Shown: positions 23,190-36,959 of the stretch, in pieces | How positions within the stretch are numbered: position 1 is the stretch's first letter | Layout: each line of letters begins with the position of its first letter | DNA from: Chiloscyllium plagiosum | Taxonomy: Eukaryota | NCBI RefSeq assembly: GCF_004010195.1 | Contig: NC_057719.1 | Span: 81,764,850 to 81,828,849 of the forward strand | Length of the DNA stretch: 64,000 bases | Direction: 5' to 3' | Notes under the pieces: model-generated | What the model was told of the DNA's origin: nothing | Databases searched by the model: none | What the model saw: the letters and a program-made list of their open reading frames with translations, nothing else | Made by a program: the position numbers and the translations under genes

Positions 23190-25330
23190 ATCTATCTGTG
23201 GTGATGTCAGTGAGTGTGAGAGCAGTTTATTAGTTCATTAGTTTTATTTGTTTCTTTTTAATTGCTGAAATTCACTTGACTGCAGTTTCCACTGTGCTTT
23301 CGATTAAAAAGAATAGTTATGGGAGGTCTTTTATTAGCTACTTCCCATGTTTGCATCACTCTTCCAGAAGTGTTCTCATAGATTTGCATAGATGATGTCT
23401 GAATGACTAAGTCATCATTTGCTTCAATGTTTTGGAGTTCAGTGACAGGGAACTCAAGTCAGTTAATTCCCATTACAGGCTGGCGGGGGACTGCATACCA
23501 TACATCATGTTCCATATGGCAGCTCCATGACAATTCCTGGACAGCAATGTGTGCACAAAACGCTGCCAATTGCTCAGGTTCCAAGGCCGAATCTCAGAGA
23601 TGGAGACGTTGCAGTGCATCAGGGAATCTATGCATTTCCCCTGATGTACATCGCAAGACACGGCCAGCCCACAGCAGCAAGGGTGTGTGATTACCAGACT
23701 GGGTTGGAGGAGGGCAGGATCAGTTTTGAAATTTGGGGAGAGCAGTGCCTCCATGGAGAAATAAATCTCCCATCAAAACAATAATTTTCTCATGGGATGT
23801 GCATGTTGCTGCCTGGAATTGCATTTGCTGCCTATCCCTAATTGTGAATGGTTTGCTAGGGTCACTTCAAAGGGTGGTGAATAGTCAACTATATTGGTTG
23901 TACACCAATATATCTACAGAATGTTGCGGTCTGGAGTCACATATAAGCCCGAATTGAATTTAAATTTCATGAGCTGCTGCTGTTGATTTGAAACCATACC
24001 CGCAAAGCATGAATTTGAACCTCATGATAACTCATCCAATGACTTTACTCCATCACCCTGCCCACACAAGCCTTGAATGCACACAGGGGTACAAAACAAA
24101 ATGCGCGGAATTGCATATAATCATATGTGATTGGATAGTTAGGGGCATGGATAAGTGCCCCTGTAAGTACATACTTAATCTTTGAATGAAATATCAGCTC
24201 AGTAAAGGATGCCACGCGTAGAGTAATAGAATCCCTATAGCATGGAAGCAAGCCATTTAGCCCATCAAGTCCATACTGACCCCCCAAAGAGCATCCCACC
24301 CAGGCCCACCTCCCTACCTTATCCCTGTAACCCTGTGTTTCCCATGCCCAATCCAACTAACCTGCATATCTTTAGACTGTAAGAGGAAAGCGAAGCAACC
24401 AGAGGAAACCCACATAGCCGACGTTCTCACTGAGAGACTAACTACTGCAGCTGGGGAGTGTTTGAGCTGATTTGTCATGGAGACTGGAGCCAAAAAGAAG
24501 CAGAGGAACAGAGCTGAGATCAGCAGACAGAGATATAAACAGCAGCAAAACTTGAAATTTCCCAGAAATTGCAGGGAGCAGATTGAAGGAAATAGCAAAA
24601 GTATTAAACTGCCTGTGTGTTAGTGTTTGTAGTGTAGCTAATAAGGTTGTTGAACTGCAGACACAAATTGCTCCACAGGATTATGATGTGGCTGCATTAA
24701 CACAGAGAAGATCTGGAATGTAATCTAAATATTCCTGATTAAGAATATTGATTAAAAATAATGTTACATCTGTAAATAGAAGCAATTTCTTAGATTGTTA
24801 TGGGTCTGAAACAATTTATCTCAAGTTGGGGAACAGAAGAGGGAGAGTTTTGGGTTTTGTATTCAGAATCTCAAATAGACAGAAAAGAAATAGATAGCAT
24901 TTGTTTGGCAAATTTCAAAGGTGCTTGATAAAAATAAGGTTATGGTAGAAGATTTCAACAAAATAATAATGGCAAAGCTAGGGAAGAGGCATTTCTGGTT
25001 TGGTGAATTTTCTCAATCAATACGTCTTTATCCTAATAAGGAGAGAAAGTGTACCAGAAAATGAAATAGGGCAAGCTGGGTGTGATGCAGTAACAGATTG
25101 TGTCGCTTGCCATGCCCACCCTATAATCCAGAACATGAAAAGAGAGCAGAAAGCATCAAAGGTGCAAGTGCGCAAATGTGTAAAGTGAATTTCAATGATT
25201 TAGTAAGAGATCTAACACAGAGATCTTAGAAAAAAGGTGATAAATTGGGTACATAGCTACAAAGGAATTCAGGAAAGTGATAAGTCAGGTACAAACCAGG
25301 AACATGCCATCAACAGATGTGTGAATGTCA
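23190..25330 (+). mobile_element. Old CR1 5' portion (ORF1 and endonuclease remnants) interrupted by SINEs
   Basis: ORF1 zinc-finger-like region near 23490-23610, esterase IICDWIVRGMD (G-D-S motif remnant) near 24120, endonuclease-like LNCLCVSVCSVANKVVELQTQIAPQDYDVAALT near 24604. Confidence 0.65.
24225..24420 (-). mobile_element. HE1-like SINE, 3' part
   Basis: Matches the 3' part of 22007-22287. Confidence 0.85.
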
Positions 25331-25352
25331 TTTGACACAGTGCCACACAGAA

Positions 25353-25866
25353 GTCATAGAGTCATATAGCAAGGAAACAGACCCCTCGGTTCAACTAGTT
25401 CACGCCGATCATAATCCCAAACCGAACTAGTCCAACCTGCCTGCTCCTGGTCCATATTCCTCCAAACCTTTCCTATTCATTTATCCATCCAAATGTCTTT
25501 TCAACTTTGTAATTGTACCCGCATCCACCACTTCCTCAGGAAATTCATTCCACACACGAACCACCCTCTGTGTAAAACATTCGCTTCTTCAGGCTTTTTA
25601 TGTCTCTCTCCTTTCATCTTAAAAATGTGCTCCTTCATCTTGAAATTCCCCATCTTAGGGAAAAGACAATTACCATCAACTCTGTCTATAACCTCTCATT
25701 ATTTTATAAACTTCTATCAGGTCACCTCTCAACCACTTATGCTCCAGTGAAAAAAGTCTCAGCTTATCCAGCCTTCCTTTATAACGTGAACCTTCTATAC
25801 CTGGCCACATCTAGATAAATCTCTTTTGAACGCTCTCCAGCTTGATAACATGCTTCCTGTAACTGG
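25353..25866 (-). mobile_element. CR1 LINE 3' fragment
   Basis: Same 3' structure as the other CR1 ends (agtcatagagtcata tail; [10 protein letters not shown] on the reverse strand). Confidence 0.85.
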
Positions 25867-25879
25867 TTACATCACTAAC

Positions 25880-28030
25880 CATCTCATGCTGCCTATATTG
25901 ATACATTTCTGCAGTTGTGGAAATGCCAATCAACACAGGCAACCGTCTGTATCTCCTGAACCATGTTCACAATGTAATTACAAACATACTGCTTTTATTC
26001 AACTTCACTTGCAGTAACCATCCTTCACATCCAAGGTGGTGATGATCTATCCTTTTAGATGTTATGGCATAATTCATTTGATGCCTGGCATGGAGTGGTG
26101 AGATCTCTTCAGAGCTTTATTTCCAGTTTTTGGACTGATATACGTTCTCAGTTGTTCTAGTTTTTTTCTCACTGCTATCATACTACTAATCCATTCTGCA
26201 GGAGTTTCCACTTTTCTGATTAATCCCTTCTTTCCCCTTCTTCTCTTGTCTTTCTGACTGACCTTGAAGGCAACTGGAACTTTCCTCATCAGATGCTGAA
26301 TTTTCTTCCCATTCTCATCTACTTCAAGAAGATATTCTCCAGGAAAACATTCCATACCAATAAATATTCCTCTAGGATATATAACACAGTTAGGGTTATC
26401 ATTCCAATCTGTAGACATGCCCTATTTGAGATGAGTGGCTTTTGCTTGTCATCTGTGGAACTGTTGATCATCATTCTTGTCATTGAGTAGGGCTTATGGC
26501 CTAATCTGGCCTCTCAGTACAGATGTGATGCTATTATACAGCCTCATGGTTACTGTCTGGGACTTTTTTTTTGGATCAGCATGTTGAACCATTGGCTCAG
26601 GTCACTGAAAGTCATCATGTTACATGATGCACCAGTGCCAATCCAACCCTTCATGTTGACCTGATATTCTCCTTTGGTAGTCATTATTTCAACAGTCAGA
26701 AATCATTTATTGTCTGTTGACCTGACTGAACCAACCTGCTGCATAATATAGAGTAATAAGTCTGAATCTGAAGCTAATATCTCGCCATCTCTACCTGCTT
26801 GTTCTATTTCCTTCCAGCTCTACACTCAGGTGCACAATGATTCCAGTTCTTAAAATGAGAACACTGCTGGGTATGCCTTCTTTTTCTTTGTATGTTATCC
26901 CCCACAATAATTGCATCCTGCCCTCTGTCTGTGGTCTTTCTGTCCTTTCAGCCTGAAATATTTATCAGCGTAGTGCAAAGTGTGGGGTCTCTGGCATGAA
27001 TATGCTCTATTTGCTGATTTATAACCTTAGCACTTCTGCACATGTTGATTACTTGCCTGAGAGTAAGTTTATCTCGGTAGACATGCTCTCTCTGCAGGAT
27101 CTCTTCAACCTAAAACAATCCTGTCTTTAATTAGAATGTTTGACAATGGTGCAAGTGCACAGATTGTCATGTCGTGTCAATGCAGTCACATATTGAGCAA
27201 AGGGTTCTTTTTCACCTTGAGATCTAATATTGAACATAAGTTCATAAGTTACATTTACTTGGGCTAGTAAGTTTACCTTCAAGGCTTTCAAAGTTTCTAT
27301 TGTCTGTTTTATTTTTGTTCATGGGCGAGATTTAGGATGTGTCGCACTTTGTATTAGTGTCTCCCCAACAATAATAAATGTGCAGCCAGTTTGGTTTGTT
27401 AATTCAATCTGTCACAATTTTGCCATTGTGAGTGCAACTACTGCCAGTTCTGTTTCATATTCCCTTTCATTCTGATCAGTGCTGGAAGAGGAAAATTTGA
27501 GTCCACGATTTCAGCTGCAACCTGTTTCTTTTTTCCTTTTCTGCAACTTCCTGCAGTTTTTTTTTCTGCAGCTTTCAGTAGCTCTGAACATTTCTGTGTT
27601 CCTCTTTGAGTAGCTGAAGTTCAACACAACTATTCAACACTCAATATCAGCTTTACTCTGACACCATGTGATGAACTCACAGGACAATCTGGTTTTATTG
27701 CAAGAATTGTAAGCTGCAGTGAGTGCCATGCAGAAAAGGTCACAGGACTTCAGCAAATCAGGAGGCACATTTGCACAGTATTTCAGTTCTAATCCAAATA
27801 TGAAATCTTCCTTCACCATATTCGCAATCCCAGAAGAAGGGAGCAGGAGGAAAACCATAGTACCTAAGAATTCACCACAGGGACAAATCTCATCCGAGGT
27901 TGTCCTGAATTTCAGCTCTGGATTGCACTGTTCTATTAATCTTAGGGTTGACAGAGTGTAGCACTTCTGAAGCAAATAATTTTCTGGCAAATCTAAACCA
28001 ACAGCCTCTTGGGCATTTGTGAAACATCTT
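25880..28030 (-). mobile_element. Ty3/Gypsy LTR retrotransposon remnant (5' LTR, PBS, gag, start of pol)
   Basis: LTR end ...AATAAA...TTCATCACA at 27667, followed directly by PBS-like TGGTGTCAGAGT (27655-27666). Zinc knuckle CNYCG..H near 26900. RT start KVETPAEWISSMIAVRKK...NKALKRSHHSMP (ORF 26074-26418). The outer LTR edge is approximate. Confidence 0.8.
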
Positions 28031-28189
28031 CCAGCACTATTTTGAAGTGGAGTATCTTTTTGAGAGTTGGGCTTGCTACTGTGCTTGCTTGCACATATCC
28101 ATCATTTTGTTTTTGTTGGAGCCCTCACTTATTTTTCATTATATTTGGGGTTTTTTAAACAATTTTGGCTTGGAGTATGAAATGGGAAC

Positions 28190-29133
28190 TGTGAGCTAAA
28201 GATGACTTTTGGACTGTGGATAACACTTTATGTTAAAATGAAGAAAGACCAAATAAGCTTTTGCTTACTCCTGAAACCAAGCCTGAAAGTTAATTGTAGA
28301 TTGATTCCTGATCAGAAGGTTCTACAGATGCTTTGATATCATGGAAGATGTATTATGTTTAAACAGGTATCAGAAGTTGGTAATTAACAATGCCAGTATC
28401 TGCAAATTGGTTCCAGCAATTCTGGAAAAGACCTTATACTCAAACAGATGGTAAATGTTGAATGATAACTGGGACCTCATGGAAGAGACGGTCAGTTGGA
28501 CAGGGAGTGGTAGGAGTTGGAATTGGGTTTTGGACTGTATTTTCTGTGGAAAAAGAATCTGGCTTTTGATTCTACAGAATGAAGATTTGAAAGCTCCCTG
28601 TCTAATCTCCCATGAGCAGCTCTCAGAAGCTCAGAGAATAGAAGCTAAGTTATAAGTATTACTGCCTTTATGGGAGTGAACAGAAAAAGTGACTCTGATG
28701 AGCATCTTCAAAAAATGCACTAAGGAAACTATCATCTATGCCTGTGGAACAATGCATTGTAAAAAACACTTAATTAACCTGACCAGTTTAATTATTTTAA
28801 TTTATTTACCCTTTAACTGTGTTTGTCTGTGTATCTCTTTTGTGTGAATGGGTCTGAAAACAACAGATTTTCAGCTTATAGCATCAACCAATTAGATTAT
28901 TGTTTAAATTTGCTCTGCTAAAGTTGTTGTATTGTTAATAAATTGTTCATTCTTTTGTTTAAGCTACAAACCATTATGTAGAATCATAGGTCTGAGAATT
29001 GGACATTTGAAAGTTTGGTTAAGAACCATTGGGGTCAATGTTTACGGTCTTAGAAGGTTTCAGTTCTATTCTATTGTGAATACAGGGATAGAAAGACTGA
29101 TTTAGTTTGACTCTCTGTCTCCATGTTGTAACA
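28190..29133 (+). mobile_element. Probable solo LTR
   Basis: AATAAA near 28937 and a terminal ...gttgtaaca. Loosely similar sequence at about 34150-34760. No TSD verified. Confidence 0.4.
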
Positions 29134-30249
29134 GTCCACAATAATATCAGGAGTATGTCACCCGACCATGCAGAAGTTCAGTTTGGCTTCAGATTGCAAC
29201 AGCCACAGCAGCGATTTTAAGATCGTAGTTCATGGTGGTGGTTGGGGGCGGGGGGGGGGGGTGGTGGGATGGTGGTGATGGAGGCAAAAATTTGGGCTTT
29301 AGTTAAGATTTGCAAGGGAACAAATAAACTGTCATAGGATCATAATGATCCCTTTGTATCTCTGATCGCTTTATTGCATCAACCCGAACAACTCCTCTCT
29401 GAAAAAAAGGATGGTAATGAATTCTTGCTCGGATATCTCCCCAGAGAAGCCATATCTTTTCAAAGATCATTTAATTATTCTGCCTTATGTCTCACAGGAG
29501 AGGGTCCAAATGAAACATAACGTCACAATAAATAAGTGCAGCAAGTATCTATTATTTATAAAGGCATTGACAGTGCTGTGTTGACACTGCTTTTCTGTCA
29601 GTTTCCTTCTCTCTCTCTTATTTCTTGAGTTATCCCATTCTCAGAAAGATAGGCACAAGAGTGCAGAATAAAGATAACTATGACCTCAGATCTCAGATAT
29701 TAAAAAGTTCATTGGAGTGTTACCTTAACCATAAGATGCGGGAGCAGAAGTAGATCATTCAGCTGATCAACTCTGCTGTACCATTTAACGCAATCATCAC
29801 TTCATACTCCTGCACAATCAATCTACCATGTTTCTGCCCCTTTCACCATCCTGCCTATGCCATCCTGCAGCCTTTATCTACACTCCATGAGTTATTACTT
29901 TGTCAAGTTTTGTGTAAGTTGCACACCATTGAGTACTCTACCCTACAGCCAAGTCAAGGCTGTTTGTATAACTTGTGAAAATTGGCCACTGTAAACCATC
30001 ACCTAATCTGAAAAAGTTCCAACTATCACTGTGCCTGGTTTTCCGGTCAGTTTTGTATCAATGCCATAATTTTCCCTTTAGCACCTTGGAATAGTGAGTG
30101 CTGTTTCCAGAATAGAAATGTTGTGAATGATCGACTCGTTTATGAAAGAAGTTGATACTGATCACCATCAAAATCTAATGTGACTGCTAGACAGCAGCCG
30201 CCAGATGAATCTGAATCTGAACGAGAAAAAAATTGCGATTAAAAATAAA

Positions 30250-33200
30250 CAATAGGACAATAGACAATAGGTGTAGGAGTAGGCCATTTGACCCTTTGAG
30301 CCAGCACCACCATTCATTATGATCATGGCTGATCATCCACAATCAGTAACCTGTTCCTGCCTTATCCCCATAATGCTTGATTACACTATTTTTAAGAGCT
30401 GTATCCATCTCTTTCTTGAAAGTATCCAGAAACGAGGCCTCCACTGCCCTCTGGGGCAGAGCATTCCATATATCCACCACTCTCTGGGTGAAGAAGTTTC
30501 TCCTCAACTCTGTTCTAAATGGCTACCCCTTATTTTTAAACTATGTCCTCTCGTTCTGGATTCATCCATCAGTGGAAACATGCTTCCTGCCTCCAGAGTG
30601 TCCAATCCTTTATTAATTTTATATGTCTAAATCAGATCCCCTCTTATCCTTCTAAACTCAAGTGTATACAAGCCCAGTCGCTCCAATCTTTCAACATATG
30701 ATAGTCCAGCCATTCCGAGAATTGACCTTGTGAACCTATGCTGCACTCTCTCAATAGCCAAAATGTCCCTCCTCAAATGTGGAGTCAATTATAAAAGATG
30801 AAATTCCAACTCATTTGGATAGCAGAGTCAATTATAAAAGATGAAATTCCGACTCATTTGGATAGCAGTAACAGGATAGGTCAGAGCCAGCATGGATTTA
30901 CGAAGGGGAAATCGTGCTTGACTAACTTTCTGGAATTTTTTGAGGATGTAACTACGAAGATGGGCAAGGGAGAGCCAGTGGAAAACTGCACACAATACTC
31001 CAGGTGCGGTCTCACCAGGGCCCTGTACAGCTGCAGAAGGACCTCTTTGCTCCGATACTCAATTCCTCTTGCTATGAAGGCCAGCATGCCATTAGCTTTC
31101 TTCATGGCCTGCTGTACCTGAATGCTTGCTTTCATTGATTGATGTACAAGAACACCTAGATCTCATTGTACCTTTACCTAACTTGACTCCATTTAGATAG
31201 TAATCTGCCTTCCTGTTCTTGCCCCCAAAGGAGATAACCACACATTTATCCACATTAAACTGCGTCTGCCATGCATCCGTCCACTCACCTAGTCTATCCA
31301 AATCACCCTGTATTCTCATAACGTCCTCCTCACATTTCACCCTGCCACCCAGCTTTGTGTCATCAGCAAATTTGCTAATATTACTTTTAATGCCTTCATC
31401 TATATCATTGATGTATATTGTAAACAGCTGCAATCCCAGCACCAAACATTGTGGTACCCCACTGGTCACTGCCTGCCACTCTGAACGGGACCCATTTATC
31501 ACTACTGTTTGCTTCCTGTCAGTCAGTCAATTTTCAATCCAATACCATGTGCCCTAACTTTGCTCACTAATCTCCTATGTGGGGCCTTATCAAAGGCTTT
31601 TTGAAAGTGCAGGTACAGCACATCCACTCCAGCATCTTTCCCAGCACTGATGTCAGGCTAACCGGTCTATAATTCCCTGTTTTCTCTCTCCCTCCCTTCT
31701 TGAAAAGTGGGACAACATTAGCCACCCTCCAATCCACAAGAACTGATCCTAAATCGATAGAACATTAGAAAATGATTACCAATGTGTCCATGATTTCTAG
31801 AGCCACTTCCTTCAGTACCCTAGGATGCAGACCATCAGGTCCAGGGGATTTATCAGCCTTCAGACCTATTTCCCTTCCCTCCCCCCTTTCCGCTTTCTAC
31901 AAAGACAGTTCCCTCCGTCACTACCAGGTCCACACCCCCCAACAACCCAGCCTCCCGTCCTGGCATCCTCCACTGCCACAGCAAGAATTGCAAAACCTAC
32001 ACCCACACCTCCTTCCTCACCTCCATCCAAGGCCCCAAAGGAGCCTTCCACATCCATCAAAGTTTCACCTGCACATCCACCAATGTCATTTTTTGTATCC
32101 GTTTTCTACACACCTCCATGAATGCTTTTTTTTCAGTTGAAGTCATGCAGCTCTGGTCATGTGCATTGTTAGACAATGCAGATTGGCTACTTCTGATGAT
32201 TGTGTAGTCTTTGCGCTATTTTCTCCCCAGCCCCCACACACCCATTTATCTCTCCACCCTGGAGGCTCCCTGCCTCTATTCCTGATGAAGGGTTTTTGCC
32301 TGGAACGTCAATTTTCCTGATCCTCAGATGTTGCCAGACCTCCTGTGCTTTTCCAGCACCACTCTGATCTAAACTTCAGACCTAACAGTCAATCCAACAC
32401 CATTTCTTGCCTAGTATAAATTCCCTTCAGTTCATCCATTACCCTAGGTCCTTCAGCCACTATTACATCTGGGAGATTGCTTGTGTCTTCCCAGTGAAGA
32501 CAGATCCAAAGTACCTATTCAACTCTTCTGCTATTTCCTTGTTCCCCATAATAAATTCCCCCATTTCTGTCTTCAACGGCCCAATTTTAGTCTTAACCAT
32601 TTTTTTTCTTTTCACATACCTAAAAAAGCTTTTATTATCCCCCTTTATATTTTTTGGCTAGTTTGCCTTCGTACCTCATTTTTTCTCCGTGTATTGCCTT
32701 TTTAGTTATCCTCTGTTGCTCTTTAAAAGTTTCCCAGTCCTCCTGCTTCCCGCTCATCTTTGCTATGTTATACTTCTCTTTTACCTTTATACAGTGCTTA
32801 ACTTCACTTGTCAGCATGGCCGCCCCTGCCTCCCTTTAGGATCTTTCTTCCTCTTTGGAATGAACTGATCCTGCACCTTCTGCATTATATCCAGAAATAC
32901 CTGCCATTGTTATCCCATTGCCATCCCTGCTAGGGTATTGAACCATTGAACTTTGGCCAGCTCCTCCCTCATAGCTCCATAGTTACCTTTGTTCAACTGC
33001 AATACTGACACTTCTGATTGTCCCTTCTCCCTCTCAAATTGCAGATTAAAACTTATCATATTATGGTCACTACCTCCTAAAGGATCCTTTACTTTGAGGT
33101 CCCTGATCGAATCCAGTTCATTGCACAACACCAGATCCAGAATTGCCTTCTCCCTGGTAGGCTCCAGTACAAGCTGCTCTAAGAATCCATCTCAGAGGCA

Positions 33201-33275
33201 CTCCACAAACTCCCTTCTTTGGCGTCTAGTACCATCCTGATTCCCCCAGTCTACCTGCATGTTGAAATCCCCCAA
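30250..33275 (-). mobile_element. Long CR1 ORF2 remnant (endonuclease to 3' end), internally rearranged, with a nested Penelope fragment
   Basis: LGGSDHNMISF (ORF 32910-33131), SGVPQ..LGLQLFTIYINDID...SKFADDTK (31092-31502), 3' tail near 30250. Confidence 0.95.
31869..32373 (+). mobile_element. Penelope-like fragment nested in CR1 with 11-bp TSD
   Basis: cttcagaccta at 31858-31868 and 32374-32384. Cys-rich region and FTCTSTNVIFC (start of GIY-YIG), then the cctgatgaaggg terminal repeat. Confidence 0.8.
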
Positions 33276-34964
33276 AGCAACAAATGTTCAAGCATTCCTG
33301 CCATGGACTTAATCAGAATCCCACACCCAACTTTCCCATTTGATTCAATGTCCAACCACCACCAAATTCACTATGGGCTACATTAATTCTGACTTACAAC
33401 ACCTTGTACATTTATACAACATCCCTAATGTTACTAAACATCCCAAGGCACTTCATAGGGGTATTGTACAAAATCACATAAGGCAAAAGCTTCATCCGAT
33501 AATTAAATTTTAAGAAGCATCTTAAAGGAGGAAAGTGAAGGGAGAAAGGTTAGTATAACTGGGAAGGAAATTCCAGAGCTTATTCAATTTTGGAGTGATT
33601 AAAATTGGGAATGCTCAAGTGAAGGAACACAGGAGCAATGTGGAGTTCAATGAAATTACAGAGAAATGGAGGGGCACAGCCATGGATGGAATTGAAAATA
33701 AGGATGAGAATTTTACAGTCAAGATGTTGCTTCAAGCCAATTAATATCAGTGAGCATAAGAGTGATAGGTGGTACAGGATCTGATGTGAATGCAGCCAGG
33801 AATATCTGGCAGAGTTTTGGATAAATAAGTAAAATACAGCAAATGCTGGAAATCTGAAATAAGACCATAAAAAGCTGTAGAAACCCAGCAGATGGGCAAT
33901 ATCTCTGAAATAATATAGTTAATCTTTCATTAGAAATGGACAGGAATAGAAATATGAGAGGCGTTCAGCCCATATAAGATGAGGGTGTGGTGGTGCAGGA
34001 AGGACAAAGGATGAGGTCTGTGATAGACTAGAAGCCAGAAGAGACCTTATCGCAGATCTGCCACGTTGTGCCCCTTCCACTGTCTTCAAAATTCTCACAT
34101 TCCTATATCTCTTTAGTTCTGCTGTAAAGTCTATGCCTTTTCATTGTTTATGAGGAAGCTTGGGTTGTAAACAAAATACCGAGGGAATCTTTGATGGACC
34201 AACAGATCTGCAGGAGCTAGAAAACTCCCTGTTTTGCTTCTCTGCAGTAAGCCCTTAAAACAGAAGAAACCAGCTTATCCTACCCTTACTAGCTGTGACT
34301 TTGAATTGAATGAGTCCATTAATAAATGGATCTGCCACCCTGTGCCTCTTGAAAACCAGTGGAAACATTTGGATAAAGGAAGTTAGAAGAGAAACCTTTG
34401 GATCAGCAAGAACTAAGCCAACAGATCTTGTGAACAAAACTCTGGGTATGTTTTATTTCTTTCTATGCATGTCTTTTCTTCCATATTTATGTGTGTACTT
34501 TAGAAAGGATTTCAAGTTTTAATTTGAAGAGTTTACTTAATTTAGTTTTATTGTTTTCTGTTGCTATATGTTAATAATCTTTGATAAATAGTAGCAGATC
34601 TTGTTCAATACAGAACCTGGTCCTTGTGCGTCTCAACCTGGGACTGAAAATCAGGTAATTTGGGGATTTTCTTTCTTATTTTTAAAATCTTTAAAGTTTC
34701 GTGATGACTCTGGGAAATAGCAGGGCTTGATGTCCAGCATTCCACCCAAGTGACGTGTGTCACTGATGAAAGATCATCAAGCTGAAATATTAAGTCTGTT
34801 TCTCTCCAAAATTTCTGCTTGATCTGATGAGTTTTTCCAGAGTTTCTCAAGTTCATTTTCAGTGCAGCAGGAAGCATAAAAACACAGCTCAGATGAAACA
34901 TTACAAAATTTCATCAGGACAGAGTGTTGTATGAGATGATGTTCTGAAGGCGTTAATGTCTACA

Positions 34965-35280
34965 GAATCTCTACAGTGTGGAAGCAGGCCATTCAGCTCA
35001 TCTAGTCCACACCAGCACTCTGAAGAGCATCCCACCCTATCACTGTAACCCTGCATTTCCCATGACTAATCCACCTAACCTACACACTCTTTGACACTAT
35101 GGCCAATTCACCTAACCTGCACATCTTTGGACTGTGGGAGGAACCTGAGTACCTGGAGGAAACCCACGCAGACACGGGGAGAATGTGCAAACTCCACACA
35201 GTCGTCTCAGGGTAGAATTGATGCAGAATCCCTGGCACTGTGAAGCAGCAGTGCTCGCTACTGAACCACTGTGCTGCCTG
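34965..35280 (-). mobile_element. HE1-like V-SINE
   Basis: Full tRNA head and V-domain on the reverse strand. Confidence 0.9.
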
Positions 35281-36324
35281 CTACATATTACATGGGCTCC
35301 ACCCATTGTGGGTGGAGATGAATAAGTCTGCTGTACTTTCAGAAGAAGCAGATGTATTTTATCAGCTCCATAAGGTGCTCATAATTATGCCTCACGAAAT
35401 GTAGTTATACTCATTGTATAATGTTAGAAGCTTTGTTATCCAAGAACAGTGCATTTTTTGTAGATGCACTTCAGCGGTGTAACCTCTACCTTTAATCACT
35501 AGATAGGCCCAAGACAAAACAAAGACAAAAGAGGATTGGTACCCAGTAACACACTCTGGTAGAGGGCAAAAAGCACAAGATGCCAGGAGTGGGCATCTGG
35601 GACACAAACAGCCGTAATTTGGTGCATCTTAGATTTCACAATTAATCCATAGCATCAGTTCCTGATCAGAGGAGTGAAAGAGGATGGGATGAGGGGTAAT
35701 CTAGGTGGGGATGGAGGTGGGGAATGTTCCAGTCAGAACAGACTAAATTGAAAATGCTGTAAACTCAAGCCAGTGATTGTAATACGGGAGACAGAACAAA
35801 ACACAGGAGCACGATAAATCAAACGACACAGCTAATAAGCAAGCTAGAGAAAATAATAAACAATCTCTGCCAGCATTGTGAATTGGAGCTGGCACTTTAC
35901 CACTGAACGACACAATGGGACACAAACAGAATATTAAAGTGAACAGCAGCTCTCCAGAGCCACTATAGCACTTGCCCCCTCCCCCCTCTGCTCAACCACA
36001 GCAGGTCAAAGGGTAAGTCTAGGAAGGCTGCTTAACTGAAGGGTAGGACTGCTGATTAAATTAATGCTGGACCACGTGCCTAGGCATAATTAGTTTACTT
36101 CATTCTTTGAAATGGATTCTTAAAGGAAATAAGCAATTCGGTCTTAGATAAGCTCTGACATTTCATTAAGATCTGAAGTCATGTGCTTTGTGCAGAAGTC
36201 AAATAATTGTGAGGCTCTCCTATGATCAACAAATTAGATTGGAACGATCAGTCTTATTGCAGTTCTGTTGAAGCTCTGTCCAGGAAACAAGGAGGCATAT
36301 CATCTATTACTGGTGCTGGCATTA

Positions 36325-36560
36325 GCTGCAGCACAATGATAGTACTATTGTCCCTTGAATCTGAATGTTTTTGGTTCAAATCCTCAGCATACAACCCAGG
36401 CTGGTGCCTCACACTGAGGGAGCACTGCACTGCTCTTGGAATTGTTTCTCAATGACATATTAAATCAAGGGCCCATCTGCCCTAGCAGGTGTATATTAAA
36501 AAGTCAGTGAGTTCTCCAAATCATTTAATCCTCAGCCAACATCATTACAGACGTGGCTAC
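36325..36560 (+). mobile_element. Ancient DeuSINE (SacSINE1/AmnSINE-like) remnant
   Basis: actgagggagcactgcactg...attaaatcaagggcccatctgccct..caggtg resembles the Deu domain. Reverse-strand copies at about 5255-5365 and 61530-61795. Confidence 0.6.
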
Positions 36561-36959
36561 GTGTTAGTTCAGGGGCTCTATGCAACTTTTTAAAAGAGCT
36601 CAGACACTGAAACAAAGCTGGCTGAAAGAGCGGTCAAATGTACTTTTAGACCTCTTTACTGCGAAGGACATGACCCCTTTCTCAAACTTTCCAAAGGCAA
36701 CAACTGGCAATCACATGCAGACCCTATGGAAGCCAAAATGAATAAGGGACCAACAAATACTCAAACGGCAATGGATTGAATTTGTCAGGCTTGAGGTATA
36801 TAGACCATTCCAAGAACTTATACCCCCAGGATAACAGGCAACATACACAGCCAGAGGTATAGTCCAGGTCAATTCTTGCTGTTGTGTGGCACAGTATTGC
36901 ATTCTGCATTACAACAGATTAGTTTAGATTTACACCACACCAGTATTTGTGTTACACTT

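Noticed and set aside
27634..27990. 118-aa Cys-rich ORF
   Set aside because: Spans the Gypsy LTR/PBS junction; chance ORF.
30085..30216. Minus-strand exon candidate with a strong acceptor (tttttttctcgttcAG)
   Set aside because: Weak donor (AAG|gtgcta) and stops in all frames.
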